Positions 62,554 to 64,000 of a stretch of DNA of 64,000 bases are shown piece after piece (position 1 is the stretch's first letter; every line of letters starts with the position of its first letter). The DNA comes from Bacteroidota bacterium (lineage in GTDB: Bacteria; Bacteroidota; Ignavibacteria; Kryptoniales; JAKASW01). The notes beneath the pieces were generated by a model. It made no database searches. It was not told the DNA's origin and saw only the letters and a program-made list of their open reading frames with translations. The translations under genes were made by a program, and so were the position numbers. The stretch lies in contig JAJZNW010000037.1 in assembly GCA_021811615.1 (NCBI GenBank), positions 13,623 through 77,622 of the forward strand, read 5' to 3'.

Positions 62554-64000
62554 TCAGCCGCCTGCCGGCAAAAATCCGGTGGCGGCTTTTATTTTGCTCA
62601 ATAGCGATTCTCCGTCCTGTCCTTTACCGTCGGCATCGACTTTAAAGAAGCCGGACTGATTTTTCATCGCATAGTTCAGGAGAATTCTGAGGGGGACGAA
62701 ATCGCCCGTGATATTCTCCGATTTGTTCGTCAGGAAGTCGATCGCCTGCTCCAGTTCATTCGCTCCGGTTACTACCGGCCCAAAGACCAGCCCCCTGTTC
62801 ACCTTATACAATTCGACGACACCGCCAGTTTTCCAGCCGCAGATGAAGTTAGCCTTACTTATCGGACCTTTCAGAAGTCGCAGTTTTGACGAGGTCCGAT
62901 CGAGTATTTCAATCAGGTCCCGTGCGACGGCGGCATCCTCGAATTCGAGCTTCTTCGATAACTCATCGAGCCTTACACGAAGTTCGCCGGTCAGCTTTTC
63001 GAACGAGCCGCTCAAGAATTCCTCGGCTGCCTCGACTTCGAGATTGTAACTCTCGGTTGTCACTTCTCCCCTGCAAGGTGCGGCACACCTGTCGATATAG
63101 AAATAGAGACATGGATCGAACGGTTCGACAAAGTCATTTTCGCACTTCACAAGCTTGAAGTACTTGTCCGCCGCGTAAAGGACCTGCTCTGCTATGAATG
63201 AGCTCTCAAACGGGCCGTAATATCGGCCGTCTTCGCCAAGCTCATAGACAAGATCGAGGCGTTCGAACTTTCTCTCAGTCGACAGCTTGATAAACGGGAA
63301 GCGTCTCGGGTTCACGAGTTGAGAGTTGAACCGCGGGCGGTGGCGCCGGATGAGCTGGACCTCTCTCAGAAAGGCGTTGAGTTCCGACGATGTTTCTTCC
63401 CACTCGAGTCTCCGGGCAGTCCCGAGCATCTTGCGTACCTTCGCGGCGTCTCTCGCGTTCTCAGTCAGGTATGAAGCCATCCTGAGTTTAAGGTTCTTCG
63501 CCTTGCCCACGTAGATGATCTCATCATCGGAATCGTGCACCAAATAGACGCCCGGAGCATTCGGAGCCGCTTTCATTGCCGACTTGAACACGTTCTGGTT
63601 CCCGTGTCTGTCGATGCGGTGAGGCACATTTTGAAAACTGAGAAGCTCCTCCAGGGTAACCACTTCATGTCTCTCCCTTACAAACTCCAGGAGCTCGATC
63701 AACAGATGGGCTGTCGCCCTTGCGTCACCGTAGGCGCGATGACGCCCGCTTATTTTGATGCCGAGATGGTGGCAAACCTGATCAAGTGCTTTTCTGGGAA
63801 GCTGGGGGAAGACCCTCGAGCTTAGTTTCCGGGTACATAGCTGCGGTATGTCCAATCCGAATCCTGCTTTCTCCATTTCGGACCGTACGAAGCCATAATC
63901 GAATTGAGAATTGTGGGCCACAAAGATCGAGCCGTCGAGGAACCTGCTAATGGGGAGGGCGACATCCTTGAATTGCGGCGCTCCGTAGACCATCTCGTTG
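62554..64000 (-). CDS. DnaQ-like 3'-5' exonuclease fused to a GIY-YIG (UvrC/Cho-like) nuclease; N-terminus outside the window
   Basis: Exo II (VAHNSQFDYGFV) and Exo III (HRAYGDARATAHL) motifs, followed by GIY-YIG (GVYLVHDSDDEIIYVGKAKNLKLRMASY) and a UvrC-like region. The frame stays open to nt 64000 and no Exo I motif is present, so the gene continues beyond the window edge. Confidence 0.8.
   Translation of the reverse strand, partial: NEMVYGAPQFKDVALPISRFLDGSIFVAHNSQFDYGFVRSEMEKAGFGLDIPQLCTRKLSSRVFPQLPRKALDQVCHHLGIKISGRHRAYGDARATAHLLIELLEFVRERHEVVTLEELLSFQNVPHRIDRHGNQNVFKSAMKAAPNAPGVYLVHDSDDEIIYVGKAKNLKLRMASYLTENARDAAKVRKMLGTARRLEWEETSSELNAFLREVQLIRRHRPRFNSQLVNPRRFPFIKLSTERKFERLDLVYELGEDGRYYGPFESSFIAEQVLYAADKYFKLVKCENDFVEPFDPCLYFYIDRCAAPCRGEVTTESYNLEVEAAEEFLSGSFEKLTGELRVRLDELSKKLEFEDAAVARDLIEILDRTSSKLRLLKGPISKANFICGWKTGGVVELYKVNRGLVFGPVVTGANELEQAIDFLTNKSENITGDFVPLRILLNYAMKNQSGFFKVDADGKGQDGESLLSKIKAATGFLPAGG

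Noticed and set aside
1-64000. Scan for CRISPR arrays, tandem repeats, tRNA/rRNA genes and intact IS elements or integrases
   Set aside because: I saw no regularly spaced direct repeats, tRNA cloverleaf signatures (T-arm GGTTCGAnnCC with matching stems), rRNA-like stretches, or transposase, integrase or reverse-transcriptase ORFs by eye. A computational scan (tRNAscan-SE, Infernal, MinCED, ISEScan) would be needed for certainty.

Overview
64-kb, gene-dense chromosomal window with about 52 credible protein-coding genes on both strands. I recognised no rRNA, tRNA, CRISPR array or intact mobile element. The content fits a Gram-negative aerobic or microaerobic heterotroph. A b6-type cytochrome b with a Rieske protein, an A2-type (YS-motif) haem-copper oxidase, insert-bearing LptF/LptG and frequent GGAGG ribosome-binding sites suggest an FCB/Chlorobi-Ignavibacteria-like lineage; that placement is inference only. 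Left third: tryptophanase operon, class-III aminotransferase, acyl-CoA synthetase, Na+/solute symporter, LptF/LptG, an orphan ABC ATPase, S9 peptidase, a FAD-dehydrogenase/TPP-enzyme pair, a POT peptide transporter, and a metallophosphoesterase with a large polytopic protein. Middle: a seven-gene nucleoside-salvage operon (cdd, tdk, BMP-type ABC importer, PNP), then the most interesting part, a ~13.5-kb respiratory island (30.3-43.8 kb). The island holds a Cyc2/Cyt572-like fused monohaem cytochrome-porin with a periplasmic cytochrome c, a divergent Rieske + cytochrome b6/subunit IV/dihaem-c fusion, and a convergent eight-gene A2-type cytochrome c oxidase operon with two extra membrane-bound c-type cytochromes, SCO1 and haem O synthase. 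Three unusually long ORF-poor, hairpin-rich spacers flank or interrupt it. Right third: biotin carboxylase/BCCP, MutS2, CvpA, YqeY, SDR, M13 peptidase, purM, aroB-aroK, CNNM/CorC, pdxH, a 1181-aa GH13-like protein, a YbgF-like TPR lipoprotein, and a DnaQ-exonuclease/GIY-YIG fusion gene cut by the window edge. Also notable: two paralogous small proteins sharing an MGTQQ(V/L)LLIVL N-terminus and a pilin-like helix, and two sigma70-like promoters that abut start codons (possible leaderless mRNAs). All family calls come from motif reading by eye; no database search was possible.
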